Virus record (IMG/VR): IMGVR_UViG_3300035670_008749
Location: 1 to 64,000 of that record
Direction: 5' to 3' (one strand)
DNA: 64,000 nt
From: a virus
The notes under the pieces are model-generated. The model had not been told where the DNA came from, did no database searches, and saw only the letters and a list, made by a program, of their open reading frames with translations. The translations under genes were made by a program, and so were the position numbers. Of this stretch, positions 28,459-37,561 are shown in pieces; the first letter of the stretch is position 1, and every line of letters starts with the position of its first letter.

Positions 28459-30480
28459 ATGAGAAACTTCAGTAATAAATTCCTAAGCCTTTTAGAAAGC
28501 ATGAAATCTTCCAATATGATGATGGAAGATGCTGCAGGATCAACGGGAGAAAAAACAGGACTTAGAGGTGATAGAACCTCTACTGGTAGATCACAGAAAA
28601 GATCAGATCGAAGAGAAGCAAGACTCGAAGATAAATTCCTAGATGGCGACAAATTTGTAGTAAGATCATTCATAAAAGCAATAGAGCTATTACAGGGTCA
28701 GATATTAGCAACAAGAATAGATGTTTCTAACACCATAAAAAATAAATTTGCGGGAGCTAAGTATGGCGACGCATCTCTTAGAGCAGCAGACACTCTTCTT
28801 TCTTTAGTTCTAAACATAAAAAGAAGTGCAGAAAAAATGGCTCAGTCAGAGGGTTCTAGATTGGAGTTAGATGCAAATGCTGCAGATATAAAATTTTACC
28901 AGGACGAATACACAAAATATGAGAAGGAATACGAGGAGCTAAAAACCCAATGGGCAGATGCACAAAGAAAAGAACAACAGGAACAACCTATTCTCGCAGC
29001 AAATCAAAAGATAGAAAAATCATTAAACGTAGCTAAGGGATTCTTTAAACAAGCTCAGGATGAATTTACTGCTAGTTTTTCACAATTTGTACCTAAAAAG
29101 ACCGAGGTTAAACAGGATCAACAAGGAGGAGGAGGAGAACAATTAGAAGCTGGAGGAGATTTAGGAGCAACCTTAGTAGAAAAACCTAAGCCTTTTGTCT
29201 ACAAAGGAAAAGATGGTGAGATCGTAATGGAGGTTAAAAAATTAATCTACAATAAATTTAAAAAATATAAGTCAGTTTCCAGTAGCTATGATTGGGGGGT
29301 GGTTTATAAGAACTGGCCAGAAGTTAGTGCCACATTAAGAGAAAACACCGCTAAGGTTATTAAAGCAATAAAAGCAGGATTAGCAAAGGATCATAAGGAT
29401 TTAGCTTCAGATAAAACAGGGAGTATTACTCCTAAATTTTTAGAGATATTAAGAGGAATAAAAGAGGGATTATCGCACAATACAAATAAAATAGTTTCTT
29501 TCGAATCTTTTATGAAAAACAGAATCAATGAGGATTTTGACGAAGAAGCAGCGGGATCAGTACTTTCTTCTGGATCTTCTGGATCTTCCGGGTCTGGTAA
29601 AAAATCTTCATCATCGTCTTCATCATCGTCTTCTCCCTCTTCTCAAAGTGGAAAAAAACAAGCCGAGGCGAATATACCTGCATACCCTGCTACACCTTTT
29701 AAAACAGACGAGGAGGGTAACAAGTTTAGAGAATGGGTTAATAAAACCTACCCAGACTGGGCAAAAAAGAATAACCTGGATGCTTCTGGTGCCAAGGATA
29801 ATTCATATATTAGAAAAGCATATGCTGAATATGGTAAGGATTATAAACCTAAGTCGGATGCTCCTAAAATCAATATAATGGATAATAAACAATTATCCGC
29901 ACTTAATGATAAAATTAAAGCAGCCGGAGGTAAAACAAAATTAGAATTTACTACAGACACTAAAAACCCTGTCATTCTGTTCTACGCTGGAAAAGAGTAT
30001 GGACATGTATATATTAATTATAGGGTTGATTATGTCACTAGCTCCGGATCAAAATTCCTGGGAACATATGATCCTAAAACAAATAATGTAAAATTTGACA
30101 ACGGAAAAACATTCGATCTTACTAAATGGGTCACGACATGTAAAGTAGGAAATAAATTAGCTCCTAGTGAGGTTTCAACCTCACAAGGTAAAAAGGTTTA
30201 TATGAAACCTTCTAATAATGAAGTTAATGTGAGAAGCAGCGCTGAAGCTAATACAGGATCAGTAAACAATTTAATATACACGCACAAAGATAAGAGTAAA
30301 CCTATTGGAATACTTTTGTCTAGCACACTAACTAAAAGTTCTAAAATAGGTGATTGGACCTGGTATAAAGTACAATTCCCTTCTTCTATTACATCCGTAG
30401 GTGGAGGAGTTTCAGGTCACCCGTATGGTAAAAAATTCGAATCTGGTTGGGTGAGATCTGACACGGTAGATGTAAAATAA
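28459..30480 (+). CDS. Multidomain putative internal virion protein with Ser-rich linker and C-terminal SH3b-like domain
   Basis: Internal KIVSFESFMKNRINE; VNVRS....WYKV....GWVRSD SH3b pattern. Confidence 0.6.
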   Translation: MRNFSNKFLSLLESMKSSNMMMEDAAGSTGEKTGLRGDRTSTGRSQKRSDRREARLEDKFLDGDKFVVRSFIKAIELLQGQILATRIDVSNTIKNKFAGAKYGDASLRAADTLLSLVLNIKRSAEKMAQSEGSRLELDANAADIKFYQDEYTKYEKEYEELKTQWADAQRKEQQEQPILAANQKIEKSLNVAKGFFKQAQDEFTASFSQFVPKKTEVKQDQQGGGGEQLEAGGDLGATLVEKPKPFVYKGKDGEIVMEVKKLIYNKFKKYKSVSSSYDWGVVYKNWPEVSATLRENTAKVIKAIKAGLAKDHKDLASDKTGSITPKFLEILRGIKEGLSHNTNKIVSFESFMKNRINEDFDEEAAGSVLSSGSSGSSGSGKKSSSSSSSSSSPSSQSGKKQAEANIPAYPATPFKTDEEGNKFREWVNKTYPDWAKKNNLDASGAKDNSYIRKAYAEYGKDYKPKSDAPKINIMDNKQLSALNDKIKAAGGKTKLEFTTDTKNPVILFYAGKEYGHVYINYRVDYVTSSGSKFLGTYDPKTNNVKFDNGKTFDLTKWVTTCKVGNKLAPSEVSTSQGKKVYMKPSNNEVNVRSSAEANTGSVNNLIYTHKDKSKPIGILLSSTLTKSSKIGDWTWYKVQFPSSITSVGGGVSGHPYGKKFESGWVRSDTVDVK

Positions 30481-30482
30481 TC

Positions 30483-30511
30483 GAAATTTTTAATTAATTT
30501 AGGGGTATAAT
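30483..30511 (+). promoter_or_regulatory. Class B promoter-like motif GAAA-N19-TATAAT
   Basis: In the intergenic gap before the kinase gene. Confidence 0.55.
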
Positions 30512-30525
30512 CATAAACAAAGGTT

Positions 30526-31062
30526 ATGCCCCTTATTATTGTAGAAGGCCCCAGAAAATCTGGAAAATCATATCTAATAGAAAATCAAAAAGAACTTCCC
30601 GTTTTTAAATTTGATTTTAATTCAAACTTTACTGCATGGGATTTTGGTAAACAATCAGAACAAATACATTGGTTTGGATTAGGTAAAGAAGTCATGTTGC
30701 ACGAATTAAATAATAGCGGATTTTTACCTAAAATGCTAGTAGATCGAGGAATACTTACTAATTCAGTATGGGGTGTTTTCCAAGGAAGAGTCACTATAAA
30801 ACAAGCAGAAGCAGATTTAGTAAATTTTAGTAGAAGGGGTCTTTTTAAGAATGTGTCTATAGTATTAGTTAGAGGAGAATGGCAAGAAAAAAGAACTAAG
30901 GATATTTGGGATCAAGATGATAAAAGAGGCGAGGAGGAAAGATCCCTTTTTGATAGGTTTTCTTTAGTTTTAAGAGGACTTGGTGTTAATGTGAAGGTCT
31001 TTGATAATAAATTCGATTTAGAGTCCGTAGTACGCTTTAAACAAGAAATTAGAAATATTTAA
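30526..31062 (+). CDS. P-loop nucleoside monophosphate (thymidylate-kinase-like) kinase
   Basis: IIVEGPRKSGKS Walker A and LVDR motif. Confidence 0.7.
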   Translation: MPLIIVEGPRKSGKSYLIENQKELPVFKFDFNSNFTAWDFGKQSEQIHWFGLGKEVMLHELNNSGFLPKMLVDRGILTNSVWGVFQGRVTIKQAEADLVNFSRRGLFKNVSIVLVRGEWQEKRTKDIWDQDDKRGEEERSLFDRFSLVLRGLGVNVKVFDNKFDLESVVRFKQEIRNI

Positions 31063-31065
31063 AAT

Positions 31066-32481
31066 ATGTGTGGAATATTAGTAGCAAAAAGACCCAGCGA
31101 GGAAAGAATTCTATCTATAGCGCATAGGGGAATCGAACATAATACAATTTACAAAGATGAGTTATGTCTTGTACATCACAGATTACCTATTCAAACAATA
31201 GATGGTGATTCTTGGTCACAGCCTATACAAATAGGCGAAGATAGATGGCTTCTTTTTAACGGAGAGATTTTTAATTATGGAGATTATGAATCAGATACAG
31301 CATATCTCCAATCCCTTTTCTCTACATTTCAGTTTGGAGGTCTGGGGATTTTAAAATCCCTATATGACCCACATGTGATTTCTTGGGATGGATTTTGGGC
31401 TATAGTTTTAGTTGATACTAAAAAGAGAGAGCTTTACGCATTTACTGATCCCCTAGGTAAAAAATGTTTATATAGAAATGACAAAGGAGAAATCTGTTCA
31501 GAAATAAAAGGACTTTATGAGCCTGACGAAAAAATGGAGCTAGACTATTCATTTTTTTCAGGGATAACTAAATATGGATATCTTCCCACTGAACAAACAC
31601 CTTTTTCTAATATTAAAAAATTAGAACCTAACAGATTCTATAAATGGAGCTTGGATTACCCCTCAATTGTAGAGATTTCTGATCCTTATTATAATTTTCA
31701 CTTTTTTGAAGCTGGCTTACAAACATATGACGACCGATGTGAATGGCTCTTTGAAAAAATGGAAAAATCAGTAGAAAACAGATTGTTGTCTAAAAATTAT
31801 CCAACATCACTTCTTTTATCCGGTGGATTAGATTCATCAATAATAGCAGGACTTTTGCTTAAACTAGGATCTGATGTAAGCTTTTACTCTATATCTAACG
31901 GAGAAGATGAAGACTACGTTAAAGCATGTGAGTACTATTGGGGAGTAGAGTCAAAAAGATTAGACTACAACATAGATCTTGAAAGTGAAGAAGGTAAAAT
32001 GGGACTTATAGAGATCTATAAAAAATGGAACGAATCCCCAGTAGACATGGGAAGTGTAGTTCCACAGTATCATTTATTTGACGCCATTAAGAAAAACTCA
32101 AACACTAGGATAGTCATTTCTGGAGATGGTGCGGATGAATTATTCGGGGGATATCGAAGAATCAATGAGTATGACTCACAGCAGTCCGATATTTTTCATG
32201 AGTTGACATACTATCATTTACCAAGATTGGATAAATTATCTATGGCACACACATTAGAATTAAGAAGTCCTTTCTTAAATCACGATATAGTTAGATTCGC
32301 AATAAATCTTCCTTTCGAGGAAAGAAAGCATAAAAAAATTCTAAAAGACACATTCAAAGGATTAGTTCCAGATTCAGTTATAGAAAGAAGCAAACTGCCA
32401 TTGAAAAATAATAAGATTGTAGAGGATCAGATAGCTTATAGAAAAGAAATCATTAATCTTTTCTTAGGAGTTTCCGTTTGA
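31066..32481 (+). CDS. asnB: Asparagine synthetase B-like glutamine amidotransferase
   Basis: MCGI, HRG, FNGEIFNY, LSGGLDSS, SGDGADELFGGY, ELRSPFL. Confidence 0.9.
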   Translation: MCGILVAKRPSEERILSIAHRGIEHNTIYKDELCLVHHRLPIQTIDGDSWSQPIQIGEDRWLLFNGEIFNYGDYESDTAYLQSLFSTFQFGGLGILKSLYDPHVISWDGFWAIVLVDTKKRELYAFTDPLGKKCLYRNDKGEICSEIKGLYEPDEKMELDYSFFSGITKYGYLPTEQTPFSNIKKLEPNRFYKWSLDYPSIVEISDPYYNFHFFEAGLQTYDDRCEWLFEKMEKSVENRLLSKNYPTSLLLSGGLDSSIIAGLLLKLGSDVSFYSISNGEDEDYVKACEYYWGVESKRLDYNIDLESEEGKMGLIEIYKKWNESPVDMGSVVPQYHLFDAIKKNSNTRIVISGDGADELFGGYRRINEYDSQQSDIFHELTYYHLPRLDKLSMAHTLELRSPFLNHDIVRFAINLPFEERKHKKILKDTFKGLVPDSVIERSKLPLKNNKIVEDQIAYRKEIINLFLGVSV

Positions 32482-33957
32482 TTTAACTATATTAACACCT
32501 GCGATAGGATCGCCTTTAGCATCCTTAGGTGAATATCCCTCGGGTCTATCAGTAAGTACGAAGTCTTCTGAAGGATCTACCACTAAACCAGCAGCACTAA
32601 GGAAGTCCCTATTTAACAAAAGAGGGGTACTTTTTTCTGTTCTATCAACTAAAGAAAATTTAACTTTCTTGTAAACAATTCCATTGAAGTCTACGTCAAG
32701 ATTAACAACTGCTCTTTTGTGTATTTTTTCACCAACCTCTGCTTTAGATTGACCTACTATTTTATTAGTAAATTCTTGATTTCCTAGTTTCCAATGAACA
32801 CTTCCGTCGACTTCTTCTATGCTATCAGCGTGTAAGCTACAAGAAGTAGCTCCGTTTCCTGTATCAAGTTTACCTACAAAAGTGCCTATACCTGAAATAG
32901 TAATCATTTCTCTAAATCCAGTGATTTTTTTAGGCTTAACCCAGTTTTTCTTGTCTAATAAGAAATCTACAACCATGTCGGTTACTGGTATATCTGTTGT
33001 TTTTTCTATTCCAGTTGTTCCAGGGGAAGCATTAACTTCTAAAACATAAGGTTTTTCTTCTCCGTCTCCGTCTCTTGTTTTTTCGACTATTATATCAACC
33101 CCGCACCATAAACATCCAGTAGCTTTTGCAGATTCAATAGCTATTTTTTCTATGTTCTCGCTCAGCTTTACTTTTTCTGTATCTCCTCCAAGTGAGAAAT
33201 TAGTTCTAAAATCCCCCTTTATTTTTATTCTTTTCATAGCTGCTATGACCTTGTATTCTCTACCAGCCATACCATCACTTTCTGCAACAACGTGTATTCT
33301 TAAATCGTAATCTGCATCTATTTTTTCTTGTAGTACTATTTCAGTTCCAGGGGACAAATACCAAAGTGCCTGTAGAGTAGAAACTAATGAAGGTCTAGAA
33401 TCTATCATAAAAACACCAATCCCTTTAGTTCCGGATAAGAATTTACAAACAACTGGATATTCTCCGCCAACTTCCTCTACTGCCTTGTCTATATCTGCCT
33501 CAGATGATATTAGTGATGTTCTAGGAACAGGTATTTTAGCTAACTGAAGTTTTCTTGTGGTTTGTAATTTGTCTTCGCACATGATAACAGAATCATACGA
33601 ATTAACACAAGGAAACCCTAAATCTTCCATTTTCTTAAAAAATCCCTTAGCTGCGTTATTTTTAATAGAAGATCTCCTAGTTAAAACTATTGTTCTGTCT
33701 AAATATATTTCTTGTTGTTTTCCTCCCCTACTAGAGATTAGGAAAGTACCTTTATTTGTTTTTTGTATAGCACCTTTTTCTGTGTCTATTATTATACATC
33801 TAACACCCCTTTCCTCACAGATTTTCATTATTTTATCAGTGCTTGGAGCATTCTTTAAACTTTTACCAAGTTTAGTAGTTAAGATAACTACGGTTAAGGG
33901 TCTTTCCTTTCCTTTTATACCTTTAAAAACAAACTTTTCTAATAATGAAGAATCCAT
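32464..33957 (-). CDS. rimK: RimK-family ATP-grasp ligase fused to a C-terminal retropepsin-like (RimB-type) protease domain
   Basis: DK, G..G.GV, QE.I, DLR, FRTN.S.GG, GVD, LEVNASPG; then GFRE, KLDTG....SLHA, F.L.DR.....LL.R.FL. ATG 33957 preferred because GATATATA lies at 33962-33969. Confidence 0.85.
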   Translation of the reverse strand: MDSSLLEKFVFKGIKGKERPLTVVILTTKLGKSLKNAPSTDKIMKICEERGVRCIIIDTEKGAIQKTNKGTFLISSRGGKQQEIYLDRTIVLTRRSSIKNNAAKGFFKKMEDLGFPCVNSYDSVIMCEDKLQTTRKLQLAKIPVPRTSLISSEADIDKAVEEVGGEYPVVCKFLSGTKGIGVFMIDSRPSLVSTLQALWYLSPGTEIVLQEKIDADYDLRIHVVAESDGMAGREYKVIAAMKRIKIKGDFRTNFSLGGDTEKVKLSENIEKIAIESAKATGCLWCGVDIIVEKTRDGDGEEKPYVLEVNASPGTTGIEKTTDIPVTDMVVDFLLDKKNWVKPKKITGFREMITISGIGTFVGKLDTGNGATSCSLHADSIEEVDGSVHWKLGNQEFTNKIVGQSKAEVGEKIHKRAVVNLDVDFNGIVYKKVKFSLVDRTEKSTPLLLNRDFLSAAGLVVDPSEDFVLTDRPEGYSPKDAKGDPIAGVNIVKSNGNS

Positions 33958-34034
33958 AATGTATATATCTTTAAACAAAGAAAAAGCCCAGATTTTAATC
34001 TAGGCTTTAATTTATTATAGTCTTTTGTTTAATC

Positions 34035-34679
34035 TTATTTTCCAAAGAAATTATCGAACCTTATAACCTCAGTACCTGTGGATTCTTCTCCTAAATCAGA
34101 TTCGTCCTCCTCCTCGATCTCTTCCTCCTCGTCATCATCTTCATCCTCATCAAAATCCATATCATCTTCCTCCTCGTCTTCATCTTCGTCGTCATCTTCT
34201 TCGGAGTCCTCGTCCTCGTCCTCGTCTTCGTCCTCTTCTTCGAAGTCCATTTCTTCGTCCTCATCCTCGTCCTCGTCCTCTTCTTCGTCCTCATCCTCGT
34301 CTTCTTCAGAGTCTTCGTCCTCTTCTTCGTCCTCATCCTCGTCCTCGTCCTCTTCTTCGTCCTCTTCTTCGTCCTCATCCTCGTCTTCTTCAGAGTCTTC
34401 GTCCTCTTCTTCGTCCTCTTCTTCGTCCTCATCCTCGTCTTCGTCCTCTTCTTCGTCCTCATCCTCGTCTTCGTCCTCTTCTTCGAAGTCCATTTCTTCG
34501 TCTTCTTCAGAGTCTTCGTCCTCGTCTTCGTCCTCGTCTTCGTCCTCTTCTTCGAAGTCCATTTCTTCGTCTTCTTCCTCCTCTTCTATCTCCATATCGT
34601 TCCAGAAGTCGTTATCTTCAGGTAGTTCTTGAGGCTTTTTATAGCTAAATTCCTCAAATGTTAATATTTTTTTATCCAT
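34035..34679 (-). CDS. Extremely acidic poly-Asp/Glu protein
   Basis: Same strand as its neighbours; non-repeat ends (MDKKILTFEEF; EVIRFDNFFGK) match the shared motif; about 170 near-continuous D/E residues. Confidence 0.8.
   Translation of the reverse strand: MDKKILTFEEFSYKKPQELPEDNDFWNDMEIEEEEEDEEMDFEEEDEDEDEDEDEDSEEDEEMDFEEEDEDEDEDEEEDEDEDEDEEEDEEEDEDSEEDEDEDEEEDEEEDEDEDEDEEEDEDSEEDEDEDEEEDEDEDEDEEMDFEEEDEDEDEDEDSEEDDDEDEDEEEDDMDFDEDEDDDEEEEIEEEDESDLGEESTGTEVIRFDNFFGK
34100..34590. repeat. Low-complexity GAN-codon repeat with duplicated blocks (MDFEEEDEDE, EDSEEDE)
   Basis: tcttcgtcctcatcctcg-type units on the + strand. Confidence 0.9.
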
Positions 34680-34691
34680 CTTTTTGATTTT

Positions 34692-34943
34692 TTATTCTGT
34701 TACTCCTATAGAAGCTCCGCTTCCTGTTTCAGTTGCGCCGTATCCAGGGTAGTCTATTTTAGATGTTTTATTAAAAACTGCATCTTTGTATCCTACATAG
34801 TCATATGCAGACTCTGGTGTAATTTTATGAAATCCTGTTCTATCCTCTTTGCTAAGATTGTCAGGATTCCATGGATCACTTGCTACTTTCATAAAATCTT
34901 TGTAGCTTAGTATTTCTCTTTTTTTTACGTTTCTTTGGTTCAT
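34692..34943 (-). CDS. Hypothetical protein (83 aa) with targeting-like motif
   Basis: EILSYKDFMK near the N-terminus; operon-like spacing. Confidence 0.65.
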   Translation of the reverse strand: MNQRNVKKREILSYKDFMKVASDPWNPDNLSKEDRTGFHKITPESAYDYVGYKDAVFNKTSKIDYPGYGATETGSGASIGVTE

Positions 34944-34945
34944 AA

Positions 34946-35683
34946 TTACTTATTGAATTGTAGAACACTGGATAAACCAGATTTCATTGCTTTTGTATAT
35001 ATATCAGGATTTCTTTCGCCAGCTGCTTGTATTTCATTTTGAATTTTTTGCTTGTCTGCAGTTGTCACGCTAGAGGTTGATAATACATCACCTAGTTTAA
35101 ATCCACATATTTTATCAGAAATCATTTTTTCAATATTGTTCATGAAGTTAGTGTTATTGATAGCATTAGTTAAAGCCTCCCTTAATCCTGCTGCTATAGT
35201 TCCACCAAATCCAGTATTAGTATCTAATTGCATACCTAATCGTGGTAATAAATATTCTATTCCTCTTTCTTGTAATGTTTCAGATAAACCTTCTACTATA
35301 GCTACCGACCAGTTCTTACATGAGCCAGATCCGAAATATTTACCTAGATCTGTCCAATGCACCTGCTCGATTACGTTTCTTATTACTTGATAAAAGAATG
35401 TGGGCTGTCCGTTCTCGTCCATTGGATTAATACCAAATTTTTGAGCCGCCCAGTCTATAATATAATCTTTGAAAGTATCTGTAAAACCTCCTCCTAAGGA
35501 GCTAAAAAATGAGGTAAATATATTTTCATTTATTTCACTCTCAGTAAGTCCCTCTGATTGCATTCTAAGATATTCGTTTTCTAGCATTGCCATTTCTTCT
35601 CTGTAATGACCTATGCCTAAATTACGTCCCTTAGATCCGTTTCTGGACTCTGATATAAATTTTGAATAACTACGAATAACCAT
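34946..35683 (-). CDS. Hypothetical protein with targeting-like N-terminus
   Basis: MVIRSYSKFISE; GATATATA on the minus strand at 35702-35709. Confidence 0.7.
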   Translation of the reverse strand: MVIRSYSKFISESRNGSKGRNLGIGHYREEMAMLENEYLRMQSEGLTESEINENIFTSFFSSLGGGFTDTFKDYIIDWAAQKFGINPMDENGQPTFFYQVIRNVIEQVHWTDLGKYFGSGSCKNWSVAIVEGLSETLQERGIEYLLPRLGMQLDTNTGFGGTIAAGLREALTNAINNTNFMNNIEKMISDKICGFKLGDVLSTSSVTTADKQKIQNEIQAAGERNPDIYTKAMKSGLSSVLQFNK

Positions 35684-35701
35684 TGGGTTTTACTTTTATA
35701 G

Positions 35702-35736
35702 TATATATCGTTTTATCTTAAAGAATCCGATATATA
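35702..35736. promoter_or_regulatory. Back-to-back divergent GATATATA promoter-like pair
   Basis: TATATATC at 35702-35709 and GATATATA at 35729-35736 between divergent genes. Confidence 0.65.
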
Positions 35737-35743
35737 TGATGAA

Positions 35744-36148
35744 ATGCCTAGAATTTTAAAGATCGATAATTTTGAAAAAGACTTCAAGCCAGAGTATGGA
35801 TTAGACTCAGATGGCTCTTGTTATATAGTAAAATCGCCTTTCTATATAGAGATAATATCATCCTACGAAATAGAGGAATTGGGTACACCACCTAAGATTA
35901 AGCCCGTATGGAGCAGAATAAAGCTTATGCAAAATGATATAATAAGCGTAACTAAATCCGGTTGTTTCACGCAATTAAAAGATTATGACGGATTTGTTGA
36001 ATGTAAACCGGAAAATCTATCCAAAGAAGGGGAACCTAAATTTGATAGATTTCCTAAAGAAATGCTAAGAAAAATAGGAAAGGATATTATAAATTCTAAA
36101 CCAATGACTTTCGAGGAGAGGGGTAAAATAATTATTGCTAGAACATGA
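35744..36148 (+). CDS. Hypothetical protein
   Basis: 134-aa ORF after the promoter motif; RILKIDNFE N-terminus. Confidence 0.65.
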   Translation: MPRILKIDNFEKDFKPEYGLDSDGSCYIVKSPFYIEIISSYEIEELGTPPKIKPVWSRIKLMQNDIISVTKSGCFTQLKDYDGFVECKPENLSKEGEPKFDRFPKEMLRKIGKDIINSKPMTFEERGKIIIART

Positions 36149-36702
36149 GAAGAATATTTAGCTTCGATCAATTTATAAATGAAAGCAGTGCTGCTGGCAA
36201 TATGGACAGAACATACAGTGTTCCTTTTGCTTACTCTTCTAATGATCCTAAAGACGGATACAACAGTAAAACATTTGTTGATGATCTCGAATCTATTTTT
36301 GTAGAAAAACCGGAACTTAAGGAAGAGATCACTAAATTTATATCAACCACAATGAAAGTATCCTCAGTAGACCAGCTCTCATCTAGGCCTTTTTCTGAAA
36401 TAATTAAAATAATTCCTGAGATAGAAAGGATCATAGAAGCGGGAGAGTATGAGCCAGAGGAAGCAATGCCAGGAGGTGCTATTTTGTTTATTAGAAATAA
36501 GATGTTAAAAAACGGCTTTGGTGCAGATTTTTATCTCAACAGTCACGGAACTAAAATTGAGGTGGTTACAGAAGACGAAACAGGGATGGAAAAGGTTTAT
36601 ATGTTTAAATCTGATAAATTTCCTTTCGAAAGATTCAATTTTACAGAGGAGGAAAAACAGGAAACAGAGGATCTTATTAATCAAAGGAGATCTAACTCTT
36701 AA
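36145..36702 (+). CDS. Hypothetical protein with strong capsid-targeting-like N-terminus
   Basis: MRRIFSFDQFINE-S. Confidence 0.7.
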   Translation: MRRIFSFDQFINESSAAGNMDRTYSVPFAYSSNDPKDGYNSKTFVDDLESIFVEKPELKEEITKFISTTMKVSSVDQLSSRPFSEIIKIIPEIERIIEAGEYEPEEAMPGGAILFIRNKMLKNGFGADFYLNSHGTKIEVVTEDETGMEKVYMFKSDKFPFERFNFTEEEKQETEDLINQRRSNS

Positions 36703-37423
36703 ACCTATTCATTATCATATCTATGGATTTTTCTTTACTTAGCTCTGTGCCTATTTCCATATCAATCTCCTTAGATACTTCAGCAACAAGAACACAATCA
36801 TATTGATCTGAAAAATCCTTTATGTTGCTTTTTAAAAATTTTTTTATTTTAGCAATATCCTTTGTTGTCTCACAAAGAGGATCTAATAACTCAGTCATAA
36901 GGAGTGCAACATTCTCTTTTTGAGATATTTTTACTATGGAAAAGAACCATGTAAATATTCTCATAGTTTTTTCACCCTTCTTTCTAATTATTAAAAATCC
37001 TTGGTCCCATAGATTATATTTAGAACAATAACTTTCTAAGTCTACCAGTGAATTGTATTTTTCATAGAAATTATTATTCTCCTCAATAAAATTATCAATC
37101 GTGCTAATTGAGTTCTTAGCAATTTCTTCTATCTCACCAATACGATCTAAATTTTTGTCCAGCATATTATAGAAGTGGTCTTTATCATCCTCCGTCATTC
37201 TAGCTAATGTCTTTTGGCTAAACTCCGTGTTTTTAATAAAGCTTTCTAAATCCTTCTTAATGGAAAGGAGGGTTTTGAAATATTTTTCAAATCCTGGCTT
37301 ATTAAAGTTTTCTTTAACCTTCATAAGATAAGCCATTAGAACATAGTACTTGTATTCCAAATCTATTGGATCTTCCAAAAACCAGTATGGTCTCATTTCT
37401 GATATGTATGGACTCTTTTCCAT
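36692..37423 (-). CDS. Hypothetical protein
   Basis: 243-aa ORF with TATATATA just upstream on the minus strand. Confidence 0.7.
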   Translation of the reverse strand: MEKSPYISEMRPYWFLEDPIDLEYKYYVLMAYLMKVKENFNKPGFEKYFKTLLSIKKDLESFIKNTEFSQKTLARMTEDDKDHFYNMLDKNLDRIGEIEEIAKNSISTIDNFIEENNNFYEKYNSLVDLESYCSKYNLWDQGFLIIRKKGEKTMRIFTWFFSIVKISQKENVALLMTELLDPLCETTKDIAKIKKFLKSNIKDFSDQYDCVLVAEVSKEIDMEIGTELSKEKSIDMIMNRFKS

Positions 37424-37484
37424 TTATTATTATATATAGAAAAACACTAAATTATTCACATAAAAAAAATATTTTTAAAAACCT

Positions 37485-37513
37485 GAAACTATCCTGCGAA
37501 CGGGGACTAAAAT
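37485..37513 (+). promoter_or_regulatory. Class B promoter-like motif GAAA-N19-TAAAAT heading glycan cluster 2
   Basis: Same spacing as the other copies; overlaps an inverted repeat at 37501-37533. Confidence 0.5.
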
Positions 37514-37561
37514 TTTTACGAAGTAAATCCCCGGCTATGAACACTATATTAATTTAATCCT

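Noticed and set aside
31066-33957. Lasso-peptide or graspetide RiPP cluster (AsnB-like + ATP-grasp)
   Set aside because: AsnB keeps the N-terminal Cys glutaminase domain, the genes are convergent with different promoter classes, and no precursor, B protein or transporter is seen.
34078-34632. Poly-Ser ORF on + and the RTKKRT ORF (34091..34462) on -
   Set aside because: Antisense and alternate-frame shadows of the acidic gene, which has sensible ends and matches its neighbours' strand.
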